This document shows, in pieces, positions 40,847-54,564 of a stretch of 64,000 bases of DNA. The DNA is taken from the NCBI RefSeq assembly GCF_036971445.1, contig NC_091473.1, positions 236,778,001 to 236,842,000 of the forward strand, given 5' to 3'. The notes beneath the pieces are model-generated. The model was not told the DNA's origin, searched no databases, and worked only from the letters and a program-made list of their open reading frames with translations. A program made the translations under genes and the position numbers. Each line of letters begins with the position of its first letter. Positions within the stretch are counted from its first letter, which is position 1. Origin of the DNA: Narcine bancroftii. Its lineage: Eukaryota.

Positions 40847-41752
40847 TATCACAAGCCCAGGGGACCAAAAATCCACAGCAATAAATATACACCAAGACAA
40901 ATGGTTACTTAAACAAAAATTGCTTTTAATTATATTTAAATATGATAACTGGATCACACTTTAACTTGTCACTATTAATTTAACTAACTTCGCCCCCTTC
41001 TAATTCTAAGTGCATGTGTATGCAAGTTCAGAAAAGTGTTTTGATTTACTGTCCAATCTCGCTTCTCATTCCTCCAAGTTCACTGGTTGCAGGCAATTCT
41101 TATACTGTGCACAGAATTTAACATTTATGAATTTCACCAGGATTTGGTTTTTGAAAGGTAAATGGTTACCGCTCAGGAAGGTTCTTGTCAGTTTTCAGAG
41201 AGAGATTTGTTGTTCCTGGATATAAACTGATCCCTTTTAATCAGCCAGTTCAGTGTCTTGCTGAAGAAACTTGCCCCATCAGGGTTTTCCAGATGATCAT
41301 CTCTTTCTTTCAGGTCACCACAGAGTTCCTTTTTGTTTCCCTTATTTCAACTGAAACATTAATAAGCCAGTCCTTTCCTCTTGCATGAACCACAAAGGCT
41401 TTGATTGGGCTGAACTAAACAGTCACAACTTGTCTTCCAAATGGGGTTTTTCCCACAAGCTTTCCAGCTTGTCCTGTTCCAGTCCCTGCTGCTGACCATA
41501 GCGCTACAGAACTAAATTTGTTCTTGCTCACTTGTTGAAAAAGCCTATTTGATTCTCTCTGCTTTGGAAAACCACATGACCCTCAAGCTGCACTCCAGAC
41601 AGCCTGTGACTCCAAACTACTCCTCCAATCTCTTTCATCTTTTGCTTTTCAAAACCACAATCCATTAATGAAGTCTCTTGGGCACTCCCCAAAGATTTTG
41701 CAAAGGCCCCCAGGAGCCCCCCTGTGTGGCTTGAGCAGTATTTTAAATGAGA
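40847..41752. mobile_element. Truncated copy of the same LTR family in MAPK14 intron 3
   Basis: Long collinear similarity to 4864-5710 (e.g. caccaagacaaatggttacttaaaca, cttatactgtgcacagaatttaacatttatg); right end missing. Confidence 0.85.
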
Positions 41753-43459
41753 TCTTTAAAATCAATGAAATACTCTTGGTTGCTCTTAAATGATTGATTA
41801 TAGAATTAAAGTAAAAAGTAATTTTGGTCACTTTGAAATTAATGGATGATAAACTGATTTTTGAGCCATTTGCTTTGGAAAGCAAAGCAGTCAATTAGAT
41901 GAACAATAACACACCTTCCTCCACACCCGGTGCATTATATGTTATTTTGTAATTTGTTGCAATTATCTTTGAAGCAACTGAAGCATCATTTCTTCAGATT
42001 ATGACTTCTAAAGTATAATGAAGAGAGGAGGGGAGGTTGGGGAAATTAACATGGAGTTGACAGGAGGTTGCTGTCTTGGTTTTCTACACTGAACGGAGTT
42101 CATTATAATTGCAGTTGAAAGGTTGATAATGTGGGCATAAGCAATCTTGGAAACAAGATGCCAAGTCCCTGAGCAGCACTGGCAATATCCCCCCCCCCCC
42201 CCCCGTAATGGTTGGATCTTGATGGGATAAACATTCCTGAAAATTTTCAACAGCTTGCTTTGCTTACTACCCAGCTTTGCTAACTAAAGGTACCCTGCTT
42301 TGATAAAGAGCTTAGACCCAAAATGTCTACCCATGGATGCTGTATGACCTGCTGAGTTCTTCACATTTCCAGTATCTGTGGCTTTTGTTTCTCCCTTGAT
42401 GATTATCATGACTGTCATGCTTTTTCTATGTCATTTAATTGAAATTAAATATTTTTAAAATGAGCAAGAATAGCTTAAATAAGTTTTAAAAATGCAGTTT
42501 ATTTTTCCTTCTCTACAAACCAGTAAGAATTTATTCATTTGTTTCTCGGAAAGGTGTACTGCCGGAAATAGCCTTTGGAATGCAGCCATCAAGTTCAGGA
42601 CATTGGGAGTGTTTTGAAGTTTACAGATATTTAGACAGAGAATTAAGATTTCTGCAACTACATCCTTAAAATCCAGACAAAAAATTTGCATATCAAAATG
42701 AGGGTAAAACCCAAATGGTAGTGAAGTCAAATCACTTTCATTTTTAAGTCAACTGTGAAGATCTGCTAATGGGACAGAATAATGATGGAACAAAAGAATG
42801 TACAAGACTTAAAATTCTGTTTTCCATTAATATTTTCAATTAAAATCTCTCATCTGAGTGCTCTATCAGCAGGTTGACCTGAGAAATGTAAAGAGTAATG
42901 ATTGCATTGGTGTTGATTATTTTTTTCCCTTGATTAAATTGATTCCCCTATGCTGCCTTTCACTGATTAATCCATCCACCTTGCACAGAAATGGAACCTT
43001 GATTCTTAATATTTGGACTAGCATCAATGTTAATGCAAGTGTCAATGAACAGTAATGCTGTTAGAGCATAAACCATTGAAAGGACAAATATTAAACTTTT
43101 ATTTTAAAATTACATTGGTTGCTCCAGTGTAACTTTGATTTCTATCATTCCTTATGTTTTTGACTAAGATTACTGTTGTCAATTAGATTATGTGAAAACT
43201 TGAAAATGAATTAATCCCATGAGTTTTGAGGTGAGTTGATTTATGCTTCCTTTGGTTAAAGTGAAGTGTCCCATATTATTGGATTACATACTTTTAATTA
43301 GTTATGAGAAGTGTTTTTGCTTTTGAAAAATAAAATGAATGAGAGAAAATAATGATGAAAATATTCTGTTTAAAATATATAGTGTTCATTAAAATTCCCA
43401 CACTCAAAGTAACATCTATTTGTCAGAGTTTGGGTTTATTTTAGAGATATTTACTTTAA

Positions 43460-43648
<189 letters not shown>

Positions 43649-43687
43649 TAACTTGGTAACTGTGCCTTTGCTTAGAACTACCATATG

Positions 43688-44086
43688 CAGTACAACTTGG
43701 ATTATCCAAAATGGTTGGGACTGGGCCTATTTCGGATAAATGTTTTTTTTTCGGAGGACTGGTCGCTTTTTTAAAAACAGCCCAGTAGCAACAGCAAATC
43801 ACTTGTAACCATGTTTAAACATCAAGGGAAGGCTTTTTAAGCATTAAAATAATGTTTAATTCTCACCAAAAAAATGCTGTCTGCAGCCAATCTCACACAT
43901 ACCCACCAAGGTTCCCACTCCTGTTGCCGGGAGCCCAAGGTTCCTGGTCAGTTCGGCTCTGAAAAACTTTGGATAAATGAGGATTTCTAATTTATTTCCA
44001 ATATCCTCATTTGTTCAATTTTTTTTAAAAATTAGGATAATTGAGGATTTTGGAGAACCCAATTTCTCATAATCAGAGTTGTACTG
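43688..44086. mobile_element. Tigger-like MITE, same family as 1126-1983
   Basis: CAGTACAACTT...AGAGTTGTACTG-TA; shared subterminal sequence. Confidence 0.8.
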
Positions 44087-44383
44087 TATACTGTTGTATA
44101 GGACAATCCCAAAACTTAACATTTTCATCTTAAAATAAGAGGTCATCCTTGTATAGAGTCCAAAATTCTTAACTTGATGACCAAGTCGCAACACTGCTGC
44201 CATCTTCCTGTAATTTTGCTCATTCCCCGTCAGTTATTTGCGAAGTCTCAGTATTCCTCTGCGGGGCCAATCTGCCAGGTCCGACTGCTATAAATGGCCT
44301 GTAACAGGAGATGACAGTGGTTTATTTTAAAACAACAAAATAAAATTTAAGCCTTTAAATAATTTGTTATTAAATTATTGCAA

Positions 44384-44687
44384 TGTGGCGGTACGCCATT
44401 AGGCAGACGAACCGGCCCCACTTGTCACACGTGGCAGGGCAACCGGCCAAAATGGCGTCGTCGGGGATTTCCTCCCAACCTCGGCACTGGGTTCAGAAGC
44501 CCGCACTTGGCGACCCACGTGACGCCCTGGTCATGTCGGGGGCCTCCCCCCACCCAGCGCAGTTCTCTGCCAGGTCCGGGCTGGGAGTATAAGACCAGCC
44601 AGGCAGCCTGCAATAAATGAGGTTTGCTCACTGAACTCAATCTATCTGGTTGTGCGATCCTTCCCATCTTATTCAAAGTGTATTGCA
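44384..44687 (+). mobile_element. GC-rich solo-LTR-like element in intron 4
   Basis: Starts TGTGG, has TATAAG and AATAAA, CpG-rich in AT-rich flanks; no TSD found, right end abuts a tandem duplication. Confidence 0.6.
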
Positions 44688-45320
44688 TAAAACCAACATA
44701 TTTTCATGGAAAATAAAACATGAAAGTTTACAGGCACTGTGGTTGAAGTTAAACCACAATGCTGGAAAAAATGCTGGAAAACTCAGCAGGTCAAAGTGTT
44801 TGATAAAGATACATAATCAATGTTTCAGGCTTGAATCCTCCAAGATAAATCAAGGTTTTATGAGGAAATTCTGGGGATCGTTCAATACATGATTTGTCCC
44901 AAACAGTGCCATATACAGTATCCAGTTTGGTTCTACTATCCTTCAAAAATATTTCCTTTTATTACAAGAATCTGAGTTTTTTTTGGAAAGTTTGTTTTAA
45001 GCCTGTTTGCATAAAACCAACATATTTTCATGGAAAATAAAACATGAAAGTTTACAGGCACTGTGGTTGAAGTTAAACCACAATGCTGGAAAACTCAGCA
45101 GGTCAAAGTGTTTGATAAAGATACATAATCAATGTTTCAGGCTTGAATCCTCCAAGATAAATCAAGGTTTTATGAGGAAATTCTGGGGATCGTTCAATAC
45201 ATGATTTGTCCCAAACAGTGCCATATACAGTATCCAGTTTGGTTCTACTATCCTTCAAAAATATTTCCTTTTATTACAAGAATCTGAGTTTTTTTTGGAA
45301 AGTTTGTTTTAAGCCTGTTT
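44683..45320. repeat. Near-perfect ~312-bp tandem duplication
   Basis: ttgcataaaaccaacata... at 44683 and 45007; the first copy has an extra 12-bp internal duplication. Confidence 0.92.
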
Positions 45321-46539
45321 CTATCAACTTTTCAGCCTTGCATTGCACATAATAATACTCCAAAGAGATTTTTTAAAATCTTTTTTTTGTCAATAATAGT
45401 AAATCTAAATCCTCTTGATGGTGGCCTTTTTTACTGGTGGAACCAGTTTTTTTTTTATTGTATCAGAATTTTATGTGCTTTTCTTTATCCTCCACATAAT
45501 TTAATTTCTTAACTTATTGCTACCTTTTCAAATAAGTCGATCTGTCCTTTAAGACTTAAACTTCCTGAAGTTTCATGCTGAGTAGGGCACAATTCTAGAG
45601 CTGAGGGATGACCCATGATGTGTGTGCTAGATAAAATAATAATGATTGTAAGCAATATAATCTACAATTTTGATGTTCAAAAGACATTTGGACCCATATG
45701 GATAGGTCGACCTGAGGAAGATATGAACAAAAAAAACAGGTAAGTGGCATAAGCCCAGAATGCCAACCTAATGGCACAGACAAGTTGGGCTAAAGAGCCT
45801 GTTCTGTTCTGTATGAATCTAGGAATCTTGCAAAATGGCATTTAGCCCATTCTCGATGGGCCCATTCATCTGGATCCTTGACTTTCTCATCGGAAGACCA
45901 CAGTCAGTACAAATTGGAAACAACGTCTCCTCCTCACTGATTATCAACACAGGTGCACCTCAAGAATGCGTGCTTAGCCCACTGCTCTATTCATTATACA
46001 CCCATGACCATGTGGCCGGGCACAACTCCAATGCCATCTACAAGTTTGCTGATGACACCACAGTTGTCGCCAGAATCACAAACAGCAATGAGGATGTGTA
46101 CAGGAGGGAGAGAGATCAGCAAGTTGAATGGTGTAACAACAACAATCTTGCGCTCAACATCAGCAAAACCAAGCGAATGATTGTGGACTTCAAGGAGACA
46201 CAACCCAGTCCTCATCGAGGGCTCAGTGGTGGAGAGGCTCAAAACTTCAAATTCCTGGGTGACAACAACTCAGAGGATCTGTCCTGGAGCCTCCATGTTG
46301 ATGCAATCACAAAGAAGACTCGCCAGCAGCTATATATTGAGGATATTTGGTACGTGACTGAAGACTATCATAAACTCCTACTGTGGAGAGCATTCTGGCT
46401 GGTTGCATCACTGCCTGGTATGGAGGTGCCAACTCTCAGGGCAAAAATAAACTCCAGAGGTTTGTTTACTTGCTCTGTGACATCACAGGCACCAGATTTC
46501 ACTCCATCGAAGACATCTACATGAGGTGGTGTCTTTATA

Positions 46540-47258
46540 TAAATAGATAAATAAATAGATAAATAAATAGATGAATAAATAGATGAATAAATAGATGAAT
46601 AAATAGATGAATAAATAGATGAATAAATAGATGAATAAATAGATGAATAAATAGATGAATAAATAGATGAATAAATAGATGAATAAATAGATGAATAAAT
46701 AGATGAATAAATAGATGAATAAATAGATGAATAAATAGATGAATAAATAGATGAATAAATAGATGAATAAATAGATGAATAAATAGATGAATAAATAGAT
46801 GAATAAATAGATGAATAAATAGATGAATAAATAGATGAATAAATAGATGAATAAATAGATGAATAAATAGATGAATAAATAGATGAATAAATAGATGAAT
46901 AAATAGATGAATAAATAGATGAATAAATAGATGAATAAATAGATGAATAAATAGATGAATAAATAGATGAATAAATAGATGAATAAATAGATGAATAAAT
47001 AGATGAATAAATAGATGAATAAATAGATGAATAAATAGATGAAAAAATAGATGAAAAAATAGATGAAAAAATAGATGAAAAAATAGATGAAAAAATAGAT
47101 GAAAAAATAGATGAAAAAATAGATGAAAAAATAGATGAAAAAATAGATGAAAAAATAGATGAAAAAATAGATGAAAAAATAGATGAAAAAATAGATGAAA
47201 AAATAGATGAAAAAATAGATGAAAAAATAGATGAAAAAATAGATGAAAAAATAGATGA
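46540..47258. repeat. 12-bp satellite (ATAAATAGATGA)n switching to (AAAAATAGATGA)n at ~47041
   Basis: Read directly; runs into the assembly gap. Confidence 0.97.
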
Positions 47259-47842
47259 NNNNNNNNNNNNNNNNNNNNNNNNNNNNNNNNNNNNNNNNNN
47301 NNNNNNNNNNNNNNNNNNNNNNNNNNNNNNNNNNNNNNNNNNNNNNNNNNNNNNNNNNNNNNNNNNNNNNNNNNNNNNNNNNNNNNNNNNNNNNNNNNNN
47401 NNNNNNNNNNNNNNNNNNNNNNNNNNNNNNNNNNNNNNNNNNNNNNNNNNNNNNNNNNNNNNNNNNNNNNNNNNNNNNNNNNNNNNNNNNNNNNNNNNNN
47501 NNNNNNNNNNNNNNNNNNNNNNNNNNNNNNNNNNNNNNNNNNNNNNNNNNNNNNNNNNNNNNNNNNNNNNNNNNNNNNNNNNNNNNNNNNNNNNNNNNNN
47601 NNNNNNNNNNNNNNNNNNNNNNNNNNNNNNNNNNNNNNNNNNNNNNNNNNNNNNNNNNNNNNNNNNNNNNNNNNNNNNNNNNNNNNNNNNNNNNNNNNNN
47701 NNNNNNNNNNNNNNNNNNNNNNNNNNNNNNNNNNNNNNNNNNNNNNNNNNNNNNNNNNNNNNNNNNNNNNNNNNNNNNNNNNNNNNNNNNNNNNNNNNNN
47801 NNNNNNNNNNNNNNNNNNNNNNNNNNNNNNNNNNNNNNNNNN
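47259..47842. other. Assembly gap (584 N)
   Basis: Run of N. Confidence 1.
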
Positions 47843-49169
47843 AAAGCAGCCTCTATCCTCAGACTCCATCACTAGGCCATGCCCTCTTCACTCTGCTACC
47901 ATCAGGAAAAGTGTAAAGTAGCATAAAGGCAAGCACCCATCCGATTCCCCGCTACCATCAGATTCTTGAATAATCAATGAACCAAAGACTCTGCTTCACG
48001 TTTTGTGCACTACTGCTTTAATATAGTAAATGTTCGATGGTTATGATATGAATGTTTGCTCTATGATATGTTGCTGCAAAACACCCAATCTCATGATTTG
48101 TTAATCAAAATTTATTGTCATTCTCTTTTTGCTGCCAAGCATAATTTAACGCAAACTTTTGTTTTTCATATATAGTTAACAGTTTTCTATTTATGATTTG
48201 AATGTATTTTTATACATGGTAAAATTGAGTAAATGATACTTTCCAAAACAATGTTGTTGAATGAATAGCAAAATAATTTCCTGGATGGCATGTGCAAAAT
48301 TAAATCAGGTGATTTTTTTTTTAAATAAATCACAAAAACTCCAGTGTCCTTGTGAAGCCAATTAAAACTATATTTGTGCTTGGAGGCAGAGGTAAAATGC
48401 ATGTTATTTGCCACTTGGTGCAAGCAAAAAAAAACATGTTTTCAACAGGAGTGTAAATGTCAACTCTGGGCATTAAATGACATTGTCATTGCTAATTCCT
48501 GTTAATGGCAACAAGCCAGAGGTTCAGCACCAAGTGATTTGCTACTGACTTTCTCCAGTGTTTCTACCATTTACAAAGCTCAAGCCAATTTTGGAATACT
48601 GGCAGGTTGCAAGGACAATGAGTCTCCAATGATATTAGAAAATTGACCCAAGCAGTTAATTTAATTGAGATGTTATCTTCCCCAAAATATTTGCACTCGA
48701 CATTCTATATACCGTTTGCAAATTATGTACAATAATTCACCAAAGTTGTTTCATTATAACCTTTCAGAATCTATAATTCTGTGTCATCGAATAGCTTGTA
48801 TACCAAGTACATTGAATTCCCACTTAGTTTACGCTCTAATTCACAGATTTTACTGAATTGGAAAAAATGTCGACCACCATTGTAGCTGGATCATGTTTAG
48901 AGCATGGGTCATACACCAAAAGATTTCCCATTTGAGACCGCGACTTCCTTGAGATCATTTGGGCATGAGCATTCAGTGTTGACCTTATCTTTAGTAAAAT
49001 AATTTTGTTTACAATTTTTGGTTGTGGCTTTCGTATCCAATATTAACCTTATTTTGAAAAGTGAAAGCAAATGATTGTTAGTCTTTTTAAAATCTTGTGT
49101 CGGAACATCTAATTTGTCAAACATAGTATGGCTTTAAAATTTTAAATTGTCTCTTTTTTTTCTTTACAG

Positions 49170-49199
49170 TATATACATTCTGCCGGAATCATACACAGA
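49170..49199 (+). CDS. MAPK14: p38-alpha exon 5 (YIHSAGIIHR)
   Basis: Polypyrimidine tract + cag acceptor, gtaagt donor, 30 nt. Confidence 0.96.
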
Positions 49200-49935
49200 G
49201 TAAGTGTTTTGTATGGTTAACTTTTAAATTTCTCCATTTATTAAGTATTTTTAGGTATTATTAGGATCGAACCCTTGATGCTGCCTTAATTTGGATTAAA
49301 TAGGATGTACTTGTAGTGCACAAACATTGATAGCATTTGAGAAATAGTTTCCAGCATAAATTTAAGACTTGATAGTTCAGTTTTACCATAGAATTTTGAG
49401 GGCATGGTTATGATTTTGTCCAACAATGCAGATTTGCTTTTGTGAATTGTATTGTGGTTCTGTGCAAGGTTAAAGTGAGAGGCAAATACAAGGCCAATTA
49501 GCTTTTTGATTAAACACAATAAATGTCACTTGTTATTAATAATTGTAAATTAGCTAAAGTTGACTGAAGAAGAATTTGTTTGAATGGACACTCAATTCTT
49601 TTTTTCTTGTGGTCCACGTTAACATCTGTGTAAATTGGTTAAGAGGATTTTTTAAATAAAAACTTTCTCTTATTGATGTTTTTGATTTAATTAAATCTCT
49701 ACCTCAATGCCAGTTCAATTCATTGCCTGACATTCAATGAAGCTCATTAATTAAAGATGCCCCAAAATCTTATATTATCGTCCATGGAGACTTAAATATT
49801 TGTGGTGGCTATAAAGTACAAAGCAATCAATCTCTTCCTCATTCTATACATTTATGAATTCCATTTTTTAGTACAATGTAGCAAAGAATAGCTGAGCATG
49901 CTTGTTTGAAATAAGGTATTTATTTTGTTTGATAG

Positions 49936-49983
49936 GATTTGAAACCTAGCAATCTAGCAGTGAATGAAGATTGTGAGCTGAAG
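49936..49983 (+). CDS. MAPK14: p38-alpha exon 6 (DLKPSNLAVNEDCELK)
   Basis: tag acceptor, gtaaag donor, 48 nt; completes the HRDLKPSN catalytic loop. Confidence 0.97.
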
Positions 49984-51384
49984 GTAAAGAAATGTGATAT
50001 TTAAAGTATTTCATTTGTTGCTTTGAAGTTTCCATGACCATATTGCAGAGAATGCCTTTTATTTACTTCAAAATGAAATACTGGAAATAGGACAGCCTGT
50101 AGTGGAATTGATTTTTGACTGGAAGGAAAAGTTATTGACTTGGTTGTGTGGGATTTTCCTTGATCTCTAGTTAATTTCAATATAGAAGATTTATGTCATA
50201 AATTGTTTTGAATTGGCATATGCTACAAGGTACAGTTCTCTCACAACAAACTCTACGCCAAGCTGGCTGTTTTACAGTTGAGCAGGAAGTGATTTGGTTA
50301 TAATACCATGTTTCATTTTTCAGTCTCCTCTACTCTTCCTCCATCTTGGTCTCTACCCTCACCTCTTCAACCAACTACTATCTTCTTGTATCATACTGTA
50401 AATGAGAGCAGGAGTTAGCCATCTGGCCTGTGCAGCCTACAATTAGATTGTAGTTGATCCACAATCATACAGGGGCTGTAGGTGGACTCCGATCCACCTT
50501 CCTGTCTATTCCTCTTTAACTCTCCTATGCAAAAATCTATCTGTCTTAAATATATCTAATGATGTAGCCTTTACTGCCTCTTTGGGCTGAGAATGCCAAT
50601 GAGCAGGGATTGCTCTTGTCAATATATTTGGATACATCTTCAAAAGAACTCTGTTAAGTTTTTCAGACAGGATCTCTAAGTAACAATTTTGTGCTGACTA
50701 CCCCAATTTATTCTTGTTTTTCCAACTAGATTAATCCTGCCCCTCAGATTTTTCTCAGGATTTTCCCACATCTGGCATTAGCCCGATTGGCCTGTAGTTG
50801 GCTAATCTCTGTAGCCTCTCCAAAAATGACAGTAAAGAAAATGTTTGACCTTTTTAAAGTCCTTGTTGAATATGTAAAATGAGGAGATTCTCAGCTTCTA
50901 ACAATTCCTCTAAATTGGTGGCCAAGTGCAATCCGATGCTCTTTCCTGGGCAATATTTACCCCGTACTCTTTGAATAATCAGTAAAAATCCACTGATTTG
51001 ACAATTTTTTAGTCAATTCTTAAGCTTCCTTAATGCAACTAAAGATGTTATTTCATATATTTGTGCATGATTGGTTTCTCACATCACACTCTACTTCCAA
51101 AATGGCCAAGTCTTCCACAAACTTCAACTTGTCTAGTTCAGTCCTGTACGGGTAACTCCCACAATATGCCATTTGGCTTGCAAAAATTAGCCCTTATAAA
51201 ATTCATAAATCACTACCTAAAACTTTTAAGAGGTAGAATAAAATTTGCTACTGCAGAATTAATGTAGAAAAATAATCTGAATGCATTTTTTTCCTCAGTT
51301 ATCATTTCTAGGTGTGTGCACAAATGATGTGGTTTGCTTCCTTGCAGAAAATCTTGATGTCAGCTGTTTTATAGAAATACATTG

Positions 51385-51625
51385 GGTGACCCAGTCAGTG
51401 TTAGCAGTTAGTGCAATGCTATGACAGCGTCAGTGACTTGGTTGAACCTGCTGCTGTCTGTAAGGAGTCTCTTTTCTCCCTCTGTCTCTGTGGGTTTCCC
51501 CTTGTTGCTCCAGTTTCCTCCAACCCTTCAAAACGTTCAGGGGTTGTAGGTTAATTTGGGTATTTGTGCGACACAGGCTGGTGGACTGGAAACTCCTGTT
51601 ACTGTGCTCTATGTCTAAATTTAAT
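51385..51625 (+). mobile_element. SINE, same family
   Basis: Core and TATGTCTAAATTTAA tail; further partial copies at ~38900-39030 (minus) and ~63300-63365. Confidence 0.7.
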
Positions 51626-51717
51626 TGTATAAAAAAATATGGGGAGTAGGTATTTTAAATCTCTTTGTATATAAAAAATAATGTATCTTGGGTTCTAATT
51701 ACCAGTGCAACAAAGTA

Positions 51718-52476
51718 CAGTACAACTCTGATTATCCAAAAAATTTTCAGAGCTAAACAGACCTCACAGGTTGTGGGAGCTGGGGGCGAGAGGAATCACC
51801 CAACGTGAAATTAGAACAACGATTGTCCTCGTTTCAGTTAACTCCCCCTCTCTTCCATTTCTTTACCTTCCCCTATTGACTTCTCTCCAGTTCTCCCTTC
51901 AAACTGCGTGCCACTGTCTTCCAGCTTCAAGCAGTTGGAAAAATCCCTTGACCTGGTGTCATCAAGGAGAAGGGCCTCCCAGGCAGGAGTGGGACCTCTG
52001 GCTCAGTGGCATTCCTTCCCTCCCTGCTTGAAACAGCGGAGCTCCCAGATCCTGACTCTGGACCCTCCCCTCGGCCTACTACTGCAGACGCACACTGGAC
52101 TCCTCGGAGTGCACGTGCGGTAGGCCGAGAGGAGAATTCGGAGTCAGGACTCTGATGTTAGGATCTCCAGTGACAGGGGAGACAGGAATCTGCCGACATG
52201 CTAGTGAATGTTCCACTGGCCCAGGAAACCTCCCTGATATCGGTGGTACATGTCATTGATCAACAGTGGCCATCATTTTTTTTGGGTGAAAATTAAACAT
52301 TATTTTAATACTTAAAAAGTGTTCCCTTGTTGTTTAACATTGATACAAGTGATATGCTGTTGCTACTGGTTTAAAAAAAAACCAGTTCCCTTGGGGGTGG
52401 GTGGGGGGGGGGGGGTGGAATAAAAGTTTATCTGACATGCCCAGTCCCGACCATTTTGGATAATCGAGTCATACTG
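51718..52476. mobile_element. Tigger-like MITE, same family, inverted orientation
   Basis: TA-CAGTACAACTCTGATTATCC...GGATAATCGAGTCATACTG-TA. Confidence 0.8.
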
Positions 52477-53247
52477 TATTGTCTGTTAACTTAAGTCTCT
52501 GCTAGTATCCTAAGATTAAAACTTGGAAGTTTTATGCATGGTATTAGCTCATCATCAAAAATTTAGTGGACTATCCATCATATTAAAACAAAAGAAAAGC
52601 TGTAACCTGAGTTGGCAAAGTTGCATGATATAGCAATTCAGTGCAAGATGTTAAACTGCCCTAAAAATAACTTTATATTTTTGGAATCCTTTTCAGAAGC
52701 TTTGCATATAATATTGGTGCCTAACCCATTTACTTTACCCAATATCTGTATAGAAACTGTTGGATGACACAGCTGAATGCCCAGGCTCAGTTATGAAAGA
52801 ATACAAATTGGGCTTTTGTGAAGTGATGACATTTTGGGGCAATGGTTTGTTCAAATAACTCACTTTTCACAATGTGTTATTGTTTTACTTAATGATACTA
52901 GGCAAATTGATGATAATATTTTTTTTTTGTTGCTTTCATACTTCAAACTTTTGTATAACTCCTGGATTTGTTTTGGAGGTGTGAAGAATTGTCTGCTCCA
53001 ATTACAATGAGTGCATAATGTCTTTCCATGGATACTAGCTATTTAAGATTACAAATTTGTAGAAATATGAGTATTTATGTATTTTCCTATGAAAAGGTAA
53101 AGGATTTGAATTTGTAAGAACCAGTTTATTTGCGTTTGGTATTTTTCCCCTCCCTGTCCTATATTTGAAAAGAAATAAGTACCTTTAAAAGATGTGGTCC
53201 AATTCTGGTTCTTTAAAATTCTTCTCTTAATCCTTTTATCATTGTAG

Positions 53248-53362
53248 ATTTTGGATTTTGGATTGGCTCGTCATACAGATGATGAAATGACTGGCTATGT
53301 TGCCACAAGGTGGTACAGAGCGCCAGAAATAATGCTAAATTGGATGCATTACAATCAAACAG
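53248..53362 (+). CDS. MAPK14: p38-alpha exon 7 ([38 protein letters not shown])
   Basis: DFG, TGY activation motif and APE; tag/gtgagg boundaries; 115 nt. Confidence 0.98.
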
Positions 53363-54564
53363 GTGAGGTATATTGGTCTGATTGTTAAAATTTATTTCTT
53401 TTTAAATTTCTGAATGACTTATAATTTATGAATTGCATGCAGATTTTAATTTACACAGAAGGTAAGGTGTTTTTAAAATATGTATTACCACACGCGATCT
53501 CCTGCTGCATGTGAAGCTATATAACTTTTTTGGCAGATGAAAAACTTATTTTTGCTGTTTGTTATTTTTGTGACTGCTGGGATGAATCTTGCCTACTTGA
53601 CAGATTAGTCATTATTTTTCTAAAGGTAATTTTAGAAGTTGGCCAAAACATGTTTTTACAAGCATGCTTTGGCATTTTTCTCCTGTGTTTAAACATATTG
53701 GAGCCTTGTATCCTATACAAACTTTTGTTTGCCGAGCACTGAGTTTTATGAGCCTAATCAATACATGCTGGTGTTATTGGCACTGGAAAATATTGGGTGC
53801 ATTTTCAAACATTGAAAACTTTTAAAATATTATATGTTGACTGAATTATGCCGACAGTTATTCTGATGACTGTTGACATTTGATGGTTCTTTAGATTCCT
53901 CAGGTCTCTAAAGCTTGCAACAAAATTTTTACTGTGTCACTTGGGGGGTAAAAAAATGCTCATCGCCAAATTCATTTCAATTATTAGTTATAACATGAGA
54001 AAACTTTAACAAGTATCCTATAGTTTGTAATCTGCACTAAACTTCTCCATTTTCAGTATAAAGAAAATAACAGTTTAAAACCTGTTAGAAAAATGCATGT
54101 TTAAATTGGAAGTTTAAAGTTGAATTTATATGTAGAATCTGACATGGGAGTAGTTTACAAAATGAGGATCATTCCACCTTGATGGGTAATTGGATACAAC
54201 AAAATAAGTAGCCAAAATGGCTAAAGTGTCTTTAGAGTGGGGTCCAATGCATATGCTTAATAAGTAGTATAGGGGCCTGAGAAAAATTGAGTGGGTTGGT
54301 GGAGGGGGGGGGGGGCGGGGGGGGGGAGAAAGAAAAGGAAATACAGAGGAGAGAATAATGCAGGTATAGGTCCACTGGCAGGAGAACTGCACAACCTGCC
54401 TCTCCTCTGATTACTCTAAATCAACCCATAGGTACAGCAAGTAACACAAAAACCACTTGAACTGTCAGTTTCTAATGACACTACATTTTAGGGTTTACCC
54501 AAATTAAAATTAAATTTGCAAGTAGATTTTATAGTTTAGGTAGAAAGTTATCATGATTCTGTTG

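Larger units (their letters stand above)
45860..48100 (+). mobile_element. Rex1/Babar- or L2-like LINE fragment in intron 4, split by a satellite and the gap
   Basis: [32 protein letters not shown] motifs; 3' part resumes at 47843 and matches 19075-19440. Confidence 0.85.

Noticed and set aside
46535-47875. 445-aa (HLFF/HLFI)n and 206-aa ORFs
   Set aside because: Translations of a 12-bp satellite and an N gap
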